From positions 3,038,001-3,102,000 of the forward strand of contig CM102287.1 in NCBI GenBank assembly GCA_046563655.1: a stretch of DNA of 64,000 nucleotides, read 5' to 3'. Shown here piece after piece: positions 39,016-52,855 of the stretch (positions are counted from its first letter, which is position 1; every line of letters starts with the position of its first letter). Both the position numbers and the translations under genes were made by a program. This stretch comes from Yuukianura sp. NJ FZ-2021 (Eukaryota). The notes under the pieces are model-generated. The model made no database searches, was not told the origin of the DNA, and saw only the letters and a list, made by a program, of their open reading frames with translations.

Positions 39016-42000
39016 TCACTCTCTTCTCGGAGTTCCACTAAACTGGACATCAAACTCATCCGTCGTCTGATTACTTTTCAATTCTGCCAAAGTTTTCGAG
39101 AATTTCTGCCAGTCGTCTTGTCTCGGATGAGCCAATTGCTGAAAATAAAATAGAAAATTGAAATTTTGGTCGGAAAATGAATTTCTTGTCAGAAAACGAA
39201 AATGTTTTCGGAAAATGAAATTTTTGTCGGAAAATATTATGGTCGGAAAATGAAACTTTTGTCGGAAAATGAAATTTTTGTCGGAAAATGTGGTCGGAAA
39301 ATGAAATTTTTACCGGAAAATGTAATTTTTGTCGGAAAATGAATTTTTTTTTGTCGGAAAATGAAATTGTCTAAGAATTCTGTTGTTGTCTAGAAAAGTT
39401 GTTACCTCTCCAACGTCATAGACCCATATCTTGCCCATGTCATCTCCAGCGACGACATGAAGACCAGACTGTGTCCAGGACACTCTGTTGAGTGACACGG
39501 GGTCATCCACCGTCACCGTGGCCGTGGGCAGTTCCGTATCGTTATTCAAATTCCATAAATCCAGTTTCCCGCCACCATCCACCGAGGCAAATACTGCTGG
39601 ATGAATTGGTGACCACGCGACGTCATAAACATAGTCTCCGCTGCCATCAAAAGAGTAAATTGGTTTCGGCTCCTAAAAAACGACAAAAGATTTCCAAAAA
39701 TGAGCTTTTTCTTTTCAAAAAATTAACCTAGCCTTCAAAATTTTGAAAAGTTACTTTCAAATTCCAGAGTTTCAAACTCCAATCAAAACTGGACGTGAGA
39801 TAAAAATTGGAAAAGTCCATTGGGCCTGGAACCGAGTGCATGTGAATCCCTGTTACTGGAGCATAGTGGGCTTCAAACGCTTCCAGAATTCCAGGTTTCG
39901 TTCCATGCCGGCAACCTACAAATCACATCAAAAATCAACAACTTACAAAAAATTTCAAAATTGTCGTTTTTTCATTCAAAATTTTGAAATTCAGTGCCGA
40001 ACTTAATCTTCCTCTTTCCCGATACAAACGGCTTCATCACCTGAATAAACAGTTCCATCTTCACTGCCAACAACGAAATTATTGATTCCGCCTGGCGGGA
40101 AAGCGATGCACGTCGCTGCAACGGGTTTGCCTTGCTTGAACGACAGTTCCAGCGTCTCCTGTGGCGCTGACAGCATGTCAACCGACCACGAACACATCTT
40201 CCCATCAGTGGAAATGCTAATCACATTATGAGAGTTCTGTGTTCCAACGACCTTCAAGCAGTATACTGGATGCTGCCAGTATTCCAAAAAACACAGTGTT
40301 AAACACTCCAATTCAAAAAACACCCAAAAAACACTTTCAAATCTTACGGTATGTGCAGATGTGCTGAGTGGACTTCGCTGTACAGGCGTTCGTTTTTCTA
40401 CTCTGTTGTCCCACAAAACAATCGAACCGGAGTACGTTCCACCAAGAACCAGATTTGGATGAAATCTAAAACACAAAAAAAATGTAAAATTCAAAATTTC
40501 TAAAATTCAAAAAACCTTATGGAAAGTGTTTTTTACTTTGCAAATGTGGTGGCGGTGACAGGAGACTGACAATGAAACACAAATTCTGGAGTGGATTTTA
40601 CAAATTTTGTGTTCCAGATTAAGCAAACTCCGTCTGGTTCATTGGGTCCTTCTGGATTGCTCCAGTAAGATGCTGCCAGTAGTTCTGGATACTGGGCAGA
40701 CCAGTCCAAGCACGTCACGCACCGATTCTTAGACCACTTCTCATCAAAGAAAACTCTGTTCAGAGTTAACTTCGTCGCTGATTTCTCCCTGAAATGAAAA
40801 AAAAAATTACAGAATCAAAATATTGAATACTTTCAAAATATGACACTTTTAAGAATTTGAAACTTTGGAGCGAATAGAATCTTTGGATTTCTTAAAATCA
40901 AAAGTTGAAATCCGAACAGAAATTTTCTCCTCGGAATCCAAACTAACTAAAATTTCTTTCAAAAGTTTACTCCAACCCTATTCCACCCAAAAATCAAAAT
41001 TTCGACACAATTTCTGAAATTTCTTACTTTTCATCTTCAGCATCCGCTGATTTGGCGTAATCCACGAAAATGTCCATGTTTTGTTCAGAAATAGCTCGTT
41101 CCATGATAATGGCTGCCCGGAGCACAAATCGCTGAAATTCTGGTGACAAAGCGATGACTTGCTTTTCTTCTTCGCTTAATTCCACTTTCGGTTTATGTTC
41201 TTCCTCTACTTTGATAGTTTTTTCTGCTTCGGTCAATGCTGGTGTGACCTCCATCACTTCAGGCATTCCATGTCTCAGTATTCCTGGAGGCAACTTGGAT
41301 GTACGATGATGGTCCATGGACAGAGACTCCTCGTCTTGGTTATCATCAAATGTCAAAACTGTGTTTTCCACATTAGAGGGACAGCAGGAAATCCAAAATG
41401 CAGTTAGAGCAAAATTTAGCCCGGTTTTCAATTTTACAAAAGAAGAAAATTTTAGAAAACAGAAGAAAATTTCACAAAACAGAAGAAAAGAGAGAGCAAA
41501 GGTCAGAGGTTAAAAGTTAAAAGCGCTACACTAGAAACACGATAGAAAAAAAGAAAACAGAGACAAGGACAACACTCATTCAAAAAGCAAAAAAATCAAA
41601 ATTTTGACATACATGCTTTTTCAAAATAAAAATTTTTTTTTGAGAGACGAGGCATAGTCAGTTACAAAAATTCTGGAAAAATGTAAAAAGTAAATAAAGT
41701 GAAATAAGTTTTGTGTTTAAAACCAAAGACGAAGGATGTGAATTCAAATTTTTAAAAAAAAGCGATTTTAACAAGCAGCTGGGGATAAATCATGTTTTTG
41801 AAATTTGATTTTTTAAAATTTTGAATTGTTTGAAATCCTACCTGCAAATTCGTCATCCCATTCTAAACCAGGATTTAGATTGTATTCGTCTTGGCGTACA
41901 AAAGGAGAAAAAAAAACAGACAGAAAGACATAGAATATGAAATTTGTTACAAACTTTTTAGTTTTTGACAAATTGACATTTTTAGAACAACGATTTTAGA

Positions 42001-43565
42001 AGAAGCTTTAGCTTCTAAGATAGCACAATTTGAAAATGACGGATTTTTTTGAAAAAGCGAACACAAGTTGTTCATTTTTTTGGGTTTGCAGACTCAACAG
42101 AACAAGAAAACGTAAAAAATTTGGATTTTTTAAAAATTGGAACAATTTATATGCCTCTCATGCCTCAATTTTAAAAAAAAAAACATAAAAAGTAGCACTT
42201 TGAACAAAGTTTTTAGTTTTCTGAGTTTCTTTCATTCCGCATTCGCAATCATTCCAACATGTTAAGATTGAAAATTGAAAAAAGGCTTTTTAAAAAAACT
42301 TCTTTTTTTAAAAAACGAAAACTTACCGTAGTAGTCGAATGCATGAGCTACGAAATAAAGAAACATGAAATGACTTATAAAAAATCATCACGTTTTAAAT
42401 TCTAATCAAAGCTTTTACAAAAGCCTCCCGAAAAAAACATAAAAACTTGTCACTAGTGAGTTTGCAAACCCAAAAAAGAAAAAAACTTTTCGAACTTTTT
42501 TGAAATGTGAAAATTCGCAATCGCTGGCAGTGTCATCGCTTCTGACTAAACGCTTTTTCATCTAACAAGCGATTTTTGAGTGAAAGCGTGTTAAATTGAA
42601 ACGTACCTTTTCGAGGTTTGAGCCAAAGATCATAGTAAGCTTATCATTGAAAAAGTAAATTTTTAAAATTTAGAAAAAGTAACTTTTTAAAAAGTTGGTA
42701 AATTGAAATCTCAAGTTTGCAAACGTTTTTGACAAGTTGTCTTAAAAATGCGACGGCTGAACTTTGCTTTGTATTAACAAGGTTTGCCGGAAACGTTTCA
42801 GCAGCGAACAATAACTTAATTAGATTTAAATTAATTAGTTTTACGATTAATTTCAACTTACAGTCTCTGTGATCCGGTCCAGACTGGGCCGTTTGCGTTT
42901 CTTTGGCGTAAGTGACTGTCTCATGTGCTGGGATGTTCGTCTGCGTCACTTGACTCATCGTCAATCGATCAACTTTCCTAAAAATACCAAAAAAAAAAAT
43001 GTTAAGTCTCCACTCTCCACCTTTGATGAAATTTGAAATTTCTGCATTAACGGTTCACCTTTGGGAGAACTTTTTAGACTTCAAACACCAAACTTACTTC
43101 TGAAAATCCTCGGCTTTAGTCAACGGCGCTTTAGTTGCAGATGAATTGGGATCTCCCAGAGAATTAAAACTTTTATCCTCATCGGTAAAGATTGATGTAT
43201 CTGAAATTAAAAACGACACTTTTCAATTACAATTTCAGAATTTAGGTTTTAAGAACGTAAATTAAACGATTACCTGATTGTGATTGAATTCCGAGTGACT
43301 TCAAGTACTCATCAACATCCAACGATACATCACCCTGTCCGGCTCTGTCTCCAGCTCCATCTTCGATCTATCGGTAAAAACAATCAGTAATCAATTAAGT
43401 ACATCATGAATTAATTGAAAATCAATACAAAACGAAAATCAATCGATTACTCACCTTGATCTTCCTATCCAGTTCCTCCTTTTCCTTCTTTTTACGTTCC
43501 TTCTCTTCCCTAAGAGCGTTCAACTTTGCCCTTTTACGTTCCAACTCTGCCTTCCGATCCGCCAT
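39016..43565 (-). CDS. sw: Cytoplasmic dynein 1 intermediate chain (WD40)
   Basis: N-terminus [26 protein letters not shown], light-chain-binding region [18 protein letters not shown], and WD exons ([63 protein letters not shown]). Stop at 39016-39018. Confidence 0.96.
39165..39365. repeat. Intronic ~20-bp tandem repeat (tttgtcggaaaatgaaa)n
   Basis: About ten degenerate copies of gtcggaaaat fill the last intron of the dynein intermediate chain gene. Confidence 0.8.
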
Positions 43566-45220
43566 TTTCAATGTCCAACGATGTTAGTGACCTTTGACCT
43601 CCAAAACAAAGTTAATTAACACCAACAAATTAATCGTTAATTACAATGACAGCTGATAAGGTGTGACAACTCTTTGTTGCCGAATCTCACAAAAAGTTAC
43701 CCGCTCTACTCCCGGCACCCATGTTGACAGGTATGGGCAAATTGTGCCCCATTACGATTTTAATTAGCATCGATTAATTCATTTGAATTAATCAATTAAA
43801 ACAGTTTTAAATGAAAACATCCGTGTACTTTTATTTACACAAAATCAAAACTTGCTCCTAACATAAAGAAATTATAATCAGCCACAAACTCATCACTTCA
43901 GTCCATAAAAACTTAAGAATTTTCAACTAAAAAGGATAAATTTTGGTTAATTACTTTCCAGTAATTCGTAATTACAATTACATGCAATTAAATAAATTAA
44001 GTCTAACTTATAAGTAGTTTAGGACAAGCAACGAATAACAGGGTTTCTTCCATTTTTGGAAATTGTATAAAGCAAATTAAGTTTCATTCGTCCAATGTTT
44101 TTTAAAGTAATTAACACAATTGTTAATTAACAAATTCATCACACCAAAGTAATTCATTTTTTAACACACAAATAATTCACAGTTTTTGTATAAGTTATTG
44201 CTCTGCTACACTTTAATGCCCAAGTGGACTAAAAATTTTCTAGAATTTCCTTAAAGCAAAAACTGACATTTGACCTTACACCGACATTCTGACTGTTTAA
44301 TTAATTAATTACAGCCTCAATTAACTAAATTCCAAAAGCGTGTCAAGTTAATAAGGTTACTCGTTACAGGTTTCAGCTTTTTTTTATCAGTTGAACACAT
44401 GTCAGTTAGTCTTCTATTTTTTTCTTAAGAAAATTACAGCTTCGTCACATGCAGTTTTTAAACTAAAGTTAACTTTAACATTCCCTTCAATTACACTAAC
44501 ATTCACAACTTCCCTGAAGTAATTACTCAAGTAATTACTGAAGTAATTACAATTAACACATAGTAATTACAATTAAATTCACAATTGAGCCTCATTTTTT
44601 AAGAGTAAATGAGCCACTTTAACAAGTAACGTAAAGTTTCTAGTAAAGTTCAACGTTTGGTTTTTAGTCTCAACACAAAAACAAAAATCAATAGTACGGA
44701 TTTTTAGGAAACTTTTTTAAATGAATCACAATTTTCAACTTAAAATTTAAATTACTGTAAAAGGAACAAATTACAATGAGTTACGTTTTTCTAAACATTC
44801 TTCAACTCTTCAGTTCTGAACTTTAAAAAAAAAACTTAAGCTCGTCTTCCGGTAACTTAAAAAAGTGTTAACTAAAAAATTGTTTCTCAGTTAATTTTTT
44901 AAGTAAAACAATAAAAGCGTAAAACTAACCATTTCCTTCATATCAAGCTCTAAATATGGAAATTTTTAAAATTTTAGTTAGTATTTCGTACAGTTCGAGG
45001 CAAGGTTATTGCGTTTACAAAAAAAAAGACAAACAAAAAACGATTACAGGAATAAATTAAAACTTGGAACTTTGGTCCTCTAGAACAGTTACAATTATTG
45101 CTGGCAATTTTCGTCTTGTAGAAAAAACAAAACATAAACGTGAGCCGTTTCTTGAAAAATTACGGTATTTCTGCGTACAATTTACGTGTTCTGCGTTTTC
45201 TGTTCAATGTTCATGTAAAA

Positions 45221-46390
45221 TTAAGTATTGGCGTTGACATTATTCTTCTTCCAAGTATCTTTTTGATTCACTAGTCTCATGTGAGCATCAAGCAAACTTT
45301 GCTTCCGATACATTCTAAGAAAAAAGAAGAAACATGATCAGTTTTTGTCAAAAATTCAAGTAATTTTGAAACTTTTGGTAAGAATTTTCTACAATTTGGG
45401 TTAGAATTTTGTGAAATCGTACCTTGAGCAATGACTACACGGATAGTAGGCCTTGACCTTGGTCTCTCCAGCCCTCCGGGGTGAATGACTACTTTCAAAA
45501 TGTGACTTTAGTTGTTCAACTGAGTCATATTTGTAGCCACATTCAGTACAACAGAGGAATCTTCCTTGGGCTGTTTGAACGTAATGAGATTTTTGAATGT
45601 GAGTCTCCAGTGTTTTTCCATTTTTCGCTTTTTGGTCACAGAGGAAACACATGAGGCGTGTGGGCTCTGAAAACAACAAATCAATCAAATCAAAATAGCA
45701 TCGTAACAATGTCAGAATGCGCGAAGTTGTCGAAAATCTGAAAATATTGCAATTTCAACAGTTCATGTGACGTGGTAAGGTTAAAAATCTCGTAAGTGCA
45801 CAAATCTGAAATTCCATGACCTTTGAAATCTGAAATCCCGTGATCAAAGTTAGTATTTTATCTCGAAAAGATTAGACCAAGTTGAACAATTTACTCAAAA
45901 AGTGTCAAAATTGGAAAAAACGCTCAGAAGTACTTAAATTTGAGAACTTACTGAGCATTCTGTCAACATTTGGAACGTGCTTCGATGTGTACTTGGTTGA
46001 ACTTCTACTGGATTTTTGAGCTTCGTCTATCATATCTTGGTCCACTAGTGAGGACATGGACAGAGACCGTCCTTGACCCGTAGAAGAAGAGGACTGGTGA
46101 GGCTGGTAGTAAGGGGACGACCCCTTGTCCGTATCCGTATCACTGCTGCGTCCTCCTGGACTTGGACTTGGACTCATGACCCTGGCAGGGTACGACCCTT
46201 GGTCATTGCTATTACTAGCAGTATCAGCCTCAACAATCACGAGATCACCTCCACCATGACTCTCCTCCACTTTGGCCTGGTACGTCACCAGCAACTGAAC
46301 ACGAGAGGCGTAGAAGGTCGGATATGAACTGGGTCCTGAGTCAAAGGAACTCCGTCGATTATGAATTCTGAGATCTAGAGCCTCCTCCAT
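45221..46390 (-). CDS. C2H2 zinc-finger protein with an N-terminal CtBP-type motif
   Basis: Exons at about 46390-45952, 45667-45423 and 45313-45221. The protein starts MEEALDLR (PxDLS-like), has a Ser-rich region, then fingers CFLC..HIQKSH, CTEC..HFESSH and CSHC..HMRLVN. Confidence 0.8.
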
Positions 46391-49300
46391 CACGGCAGTT
46401 CACAAGTTCGTTCGTTGTTAAAGTTCCAATTGCGGAGGTTTGATTTCCTGTGGAATAAACAATAAGTCATAAAAGTTAGTCAAATACTGTTGCTTTATAT
46501 AGAACGAGTGTGTGTGACCATTTGATGACATTATGGCCATTGGGTGATTACGAAGTGGTCAATGTTTAAGATTGACAGATAAGATTAGGCTACTTGAGTC
46601 TACTACGTGGAAACAAGTACTGGCCTTATCCAATACCACCGCAGTATAAATAACATGACGCAAGAAGTTATCAACTAAGTTCAGATCTGGCATTGCCGGC
46701 TTAAACAATTCCAGAGTAAAACGATGACGGATCAACTGCGACTGCGGACTGAATTCGCTTCGCCCTGCACTAACGCAACCCATTAGTTTGACACTGAATA
46801 TGTGAAATTCGATGTAAATTTAAGTTACTATTGAACTACTAATGGAATTCAGTTCAACTGAAACTAAACAGTAACTCCTGCCTGTCCCTCCGTACTTGCT
46901 AATCGTTACTTCCGTACCTGAACGAAAACAAAACGAATTTCGATTAAAATCTAATCATAATTAACGTATAACGTAGAGTATTCAACATAATTCTCCGTAC
47001 CTTATAGTAATTTGGAGTATTTCGTAGTAGCTGGTTGGATCCGTACGTTACCCGTAATCGTTAATCGTCGACGACGATTTGTCGTACAGTACGACTCGTA
47101 CTTAAGAATCTCTTAATTGGGAATTTGAGCAGAAGTATCTCGTCGCTAAGCAAAACCGTCCTGTTCTTCCTAGTTACTAACCCTGGAAGCGTACTTAACG
47201 TGACCTTTTGACCTTCCTGTAGACCCTATCCTTTAGTTCTAGCAGTACTCATGTCAATGTTCGTAAAACTGTGCTTAATTAGTTAAATGTGCGTTGTTTA
47301 GTCTTGTGCCTTCCTGGAACATCTCATGTTTCAAACGTTTACGTTAGACCATTTTTGCAGGAGGAGTCTCAGATAACGAAAAAATTAAGTAATTCTACTG
47401 CCACATTTTCTTTACAACGAAAAAGAAACGATAACAATTTTTCAAAAAATCAACAACAAAAGTAGAAACTAAACTTTTCAAAATTTTCAAAAACAAATGA
47501 CAACAATTTTGAAAAGGAAAAACTGGAAAGTCAAATTTTCGCGGCTTACTTTTTGTTACCCCTTGCTTTTCCCTTCTCGTGTTTTAATTAAGCCTGGTTT
47601 ACACTGCTCGCGAAAAAAAAACAGTTATATAAATTGTTATATAAATATGCTAAATAATTCACCGCTTTTTCAAACACTAAATAATTAAATTCATTAAATA
47701 GTTTAGAGAAATTCACTTCCAAAATAGCTATCGATTGGTTCCAAAAACAATTTAACTTGATGGCGTTTTGAATAGAGCTAACCCGGCTAAATTTTTGACA
47801 CTTTTAATCTAGGTAAACTTGGATTTAATTGACATGAGGTTTGCAATTGTAAATTGTTAAAAAACTTACGTACTTACGTACAATGTAAAATATACGTGTA
47901 CAATGTTCCTGTTGTTACGAGAGCATAAACGCTCATGGTCGTTTCGAATTTTTATGTTTTAACGTGTCCCACTTAAATACTAAAGTTCGGAAGGCCATAA
48001 AATTTTTAAGGGTCTGTTCCAGGAATGGACTTTTCATGTATTAGTAGTAACAAAATCCAAATATATCACGAACACTACCTTGAAAAGAGCCCTTGGGAAA
48101 AGGCGGGTACTTAAAAAAGAGAAGCTAACCTTGAAAAAGGCCCTTGGAACCCCCCATTGTTTAAAAAACAAAAACCTTGTACAAGATACAAAAGATTTTT
48201 AAACTCTTGTAAGTTGCACCACTTCAAAATAACTTTTTCCAAGAAAGGTTTTCCCTCTTACCGCATCCAAAATTTGAACAAAAAATCCAAAAATTTCCAT
48301 CGTAGCATATCACATGATACACAAACCACAAAGGTCATTGACCTTTGATTCCTCATTACTAATGTTACTAACATAACTTGACCCTTAACCTCTTCTTGTA
48401 ATCACTGTGAGAATCAGGCTTTACTAATCTTGGGAATTTTTACAAAAAAATTTACTACAAAGTATTTAAAAATTTACCCTTTGGCTATAAACTTTCTCCC
48501 GGAAAAATTTCTCACCGCAGCTTTTTTTGCACTAAAAACTCACGCTAAATGTTCCAAAATTACTCAAAATTTCACGCAAAACACTCCAGCGTCACCCCTG
48601 ACGTCTATGCGAAATTTTTGTCACATTTATTTTTAACTTACCAAAATAATTTTCGCTGGAAAACGTCGCTGATTCAGCAGCGCTGCGTAAGCGATCAGCG
48701 TTCAGTTCAAAAATGCCAAAAAGTCCAGAAATGAATTACGCTGTTCGAATCTTCAAAATGCGAACTTTATATAACTTTTTTTTTCGAGTCGTGAGTTCAA
48801 ATCCTGCCAACTGCAAAAGCAGAAGCCACTCGCACTTGTAAAACTGTTCAACTGATTAGAAGTTGTGCTCAATTCATTGGAAATTATGAAACTAAAAACC
48901 TCCCTTTTATACTGGAACTCTTTTATCATGTAAAAACTTACTCTAGAGCCACTCCAAAGAATTGTACATTTCACCACCCAACTAATGCTGATGATCCTTG
49001 CAGACACAGGCACGGAAGCTCCTTTTTAGTACAACTCCACCCTACACACACTTCTCAATTTGTCTATAAAAAGGACTAAAAGTACTATAAAAGTACTAAA
49101 AAAGTACTATAACTTCACAGAGTTTCAATTGAACAAGTACATTCTGTCCTCGGACGCTGTCCATCCACAAACTTTCACGAAAAAGAAACAGAAACGACAA
49201 AAAGTTAGTCAAATTGTAAATTTTTGTCCATCAAATTTTCCTAATTTAAAAAATAACAATAATAGCGTTTATGTAACCTGTTTGCTTTTTCCTCTAAAAC

Positions 49301-50514
49301 TTTTAAATTTTAAAAAGTTAAAAGCAGGTTTCGAAATTGAAACTTTTTGGAACAAAAATAGTAAACTCCACTTTTTTTTTAATGAGGAGAAAGTCGCTTT
49401 CTCCGGAAACACCTTTTTTTGAAAAATTTCGAGAGTAGTATTATGCAGAAAATTTGAAATTCTTTGACTGGACAAAAAACGTAGTAAGGAAAATTTTGTA
49501 ATGTCAAAAAAAGTGCGAACTTTTGGAAACAGAAAATAACGGGGTTGGTTTTTGCACATTTCGGTCACCTCTACCGTGCCTAAGCTATGCTAAGGTTTGC
49601 CACGTCGGCTTAACTTTTTTTGTGTGTCTTTGGAAGTTCGATTTTAACATTTTTTTCGGTTTTCGGGGAGAGGAGGCCACGCCCTTGTTATGGACACAAG
49701 AATTGAGTTTGGTTTGATAATGATGATTAACCATACATGATTATATCATTCCCTCAAATGGATTTTTTAGTCCGCTATCCGACTTAACTGAAGAATAGTC
49801 AACTTTCTATTAATTTAATATTATAACTTATATAAACACTTTTTTTCAGAATTTTGGAGAAATCTAAAATCCGAATTCATGAATACTAAAGCGTGGTTCA
49901 CACCAAGTATAAAAATGTTCGACGGCAAAAAGAGCAATAAAAAATGCAAAATTCGGATTATTTCTTAAGAATAGTATATGGAAAATTCTTCCAACTGAAA
50001 AAAAAATTCAACATTCGCATTCTGAGCTAATTCCTGCATTGTAACACAATTTCTTGATTAAATTTTTGAACAAATTGCTACAATTTGAAAACGTTGACCT
50101 ATGACCTCTCTACGCAAAAGCTGTTGACCTTTTGACATGTATACAAAAAAGTTAAAAATTCAAAATTCTGTTGATCTTTTGACCTGCATGCTTTCAAAAT
50201 TAGTAATTAAAAATTCTGTTGATCAAAATGCCGTGTAGATCTTCTTGTCCTCCACATATGAAGAAATTCTATCCCCTAACTCGGTTTTTTTTTCGGAATC
50301 AAAAATTCTGGAAGCACAAACAAATTAAATCTGGAAAAATTGACGGCCCCTTAGCGGAAATAATGAAAGGGAACACCGCTAATAAATGTTGTATTCCAGA
50401 AGTTCTGAATTTCTGGAAGCTCGTAACACAGCGTTGTGTTTGTCTTTATGTTCAAAAGTAAAAGTTCTCCAGCCCCTTCCTTGTCGTGCCTAATCAAACT
50501 CCAGCACACTTTAA

Positions 50515-51321
50515 ATAAACGGTTGTAAACCGGTGTACGTAAGTAGCGAAGATAGCGCCCCCCCCCCGGGGGGGAGTGGGGGTGGGTTCCCCCCACTATC
50601 CCGCCCCACCCCGGGGGAGGGGTGGGTTCCCACGGGCGAGTGGAGATGGGGTTCCCCCTGGGGGAGTGGAGATGGATTCCCCCGGCGGGAGTGGAGATGG
50701 GTTCGTTCCGGGGGAGTGGAGATTGATTCTCCCCGGGGGGAGTGGAGATGGGTTGCCCCCGGAGGAGTGGAGATAGGTTCCCCCGGGGGATTGGAGATGG
50801 GGTTCCCCGGGGGAGTGGAGATGGGGTTCCCCGGGGGAGTGGAGATGGGGTTCCCCGGGGGAGTGGAGATGGGGTTCAACGGGGGAGTGGAGATGGAGTT
50901 CCCCGGGGAGTGGAGATGGGTTCACCCCGGGTTAGTTGAGATGGGTTCACCCGGGGGAGTGAAGATGAGTTGCCCCCTACCAGGGCCTTAAAGCGAAAAA
51001 AGTTGACCTTTGACCCGGAAGGGGGTCACTTGGGGTCAAGTGATGTACACAAAAGTTGTTGGTCTCGAAGAGACGAACAACTTTTGTATAGGCCATTTTC
51101 CATGTTACCGGGGATGAAACCGGTTGACCTTGACCTTTGACCCGGAAGGAGTTGACCCACCGGGATGATATTCAATAGTGAATATCCGCCCGACCTCCGG
51201 TGTTCACTAGTGAAAACAGATCCCGGAAATGTTTAACCGTTTCCGAGATAATTGCCGGAGCCGGACGGCCGGCCGGCCAGACAGACAAGGTCGATGTATA
51301 AAGTAGCTTCGCTACTTAATA
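50515..51321 (-). mobile_element. DINE-1/HINE-like non-autonomous Helentron (rolling-circle) element
   Basis: 12-bp subterminal inverted repeats taagtagcgaag (50540-50551) and cttcgctactta (51307-51318). One subTIR is part of the palindrome aagtagc-ttc-gctactt, next to a (GTCY/GGCC)n microsatellite (about 51260-51287). There is a central tandem array, a short stem-loop cggtt-gta-aaccg (50520-50532) beyond the other subTIR, and A/T-rich ends. Confidence 0.75.
50570..50978. repeat. G-rich 21-bp minisatellite (ggggagtggagatggggttcccc-like)
   Basis: More than 15 degenerate 21-bp units; they explain the repetitive Pro/Gly ORFs in several frames. Confidence 0.92.
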
Positions 51322-51471
51322 ACGAAACGACCTTCTGCCTCAAAATCAAAAAATGTCTATTGTGTCTCAGTGTAAAAAGAACTCTACACGCTTCCTTGTA
51401 CTAAAAGTAAAACATTGAACATATTTCATTACACTGGAAACATGATCCCGTGTGTCTCCTGGACAGAATCC

Positions 51472-51477
<6 letters not shown>

Positions 51478-51504
<27 letters not shown>
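51478..51504. repeat. (CAT)9 microsatellite
   Basis: Direct reading of the sequence. Confidence 0.85.
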
Positions 51505-52855
51505 GAACATGATGCCGAATAGTTTCAACTACTAATCGCAATGAACTTATAATTTACTTTTGGTAACCTAATATATACTTTCAACCGCCAGCAATAATTT
51601 CTCCATCCCCCAAAACACTTACAGCACTGAATATTCATGTCGTCCAAATTGCAACCAAAGTTGCTAAATTTAGCACATCTCCTGAATTCCAGATTTCAGA
51701 ATCATAATTGCAGACGATTTCACTCAAATCTGAAATCATTTCAGAATTTGTCCAATTTTTTTTTGGACTTTCAGATTGAAAATTCCAAAAATTTCTACAT
51801 TATCATAACCCAAAAAAAATACATTTTCTTGAAAACTATTTGAATTGAAAATCGCTATTGCGAGAGTAGAAGTTCTGAGTTACGTTTTTGGGTTAAATTG
51901 GAAAATTGGCATGCGTATTTAGAAATTTTGAATAATTTTGATGATTTTAATAAAAACGCGTCTACTCATAAACTTTCTTCCTGTTTTTGAGCAGCACGAG
52001 GCATGAAGTGTTAAAAAGTTTAGTTAAAAAATCACGCACGCATTTTTTGTGAGTAATTTTCCGGAAGTTGATTACAAAAGCAGAGACTTTAAGCTAGACG
52101 GCTGAAGCGAAGCTCTAAATTTCGCATCAACTTTTCCTTTCAACAACAAAAATCAAGTCATGTCTAGGAATAATTTTTTTAAAAGAAGAATTGGGGTCAA
52201 GCACTATTCAAAAAAATTAGAGCAAAAAACTACTACAACGCTAATTCCAGTAAGTACTATACATAGTGTAGTACAATCTACTCAATTTTTTAGAAAGTTT
52301 AAAAATGGGCCAGCAGAATAAAGTACATTTCCAGCAAATACAAACTTCGTTTAAATCCAAAAACGTCAATCCGCCACCCAAAAATTTTCCGACGCGTTCG
52401 AATTTGAAACTTTTTGGAAAATTAGATATAATACGATGTCTTTGTGACCTTTTTGCTGGAAATTTCGAACTATTTTCAAATTGCTGGGTCTCAAAGTGTG
52501 ACCTTTGACCTAAAAGTTGCCTATACTACATAATGTACTGCATTATTTCTGCTCGACACGGTTGGATTCTGGTAGGCTCGTTTTGTAATTGAGGTCAAAA
52601 AACTTTATGAATTGAGACAGAGGACGTGGACACGCATTTTTTCTAGAAATTGAATACACATCCTAGATTTAGATCCAAAAGTGCTTCTTTACAATTTCAA
52701 CTTTCATAAACTCGAAAGAGTTTTCAAAAAAGTTGAAACTGGAAAGCAGGACAGCATCTGAGCAGCAGGATTTCAAAATTTCAAAACACGCCCATGATTT
52801 CTAAAAATTGAGTCCAGAAATTGAGAAATTCAAAAACTAAAAGATGTACTGTGAT

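Noticed and set aside
50511..50991. Pro/Gly-rich repetitive ORFs on both strands
   Set aside because: They are translations of the 21-bp minisatellite inside the Helentron-like element; several frames are open and there is no splice or start context.
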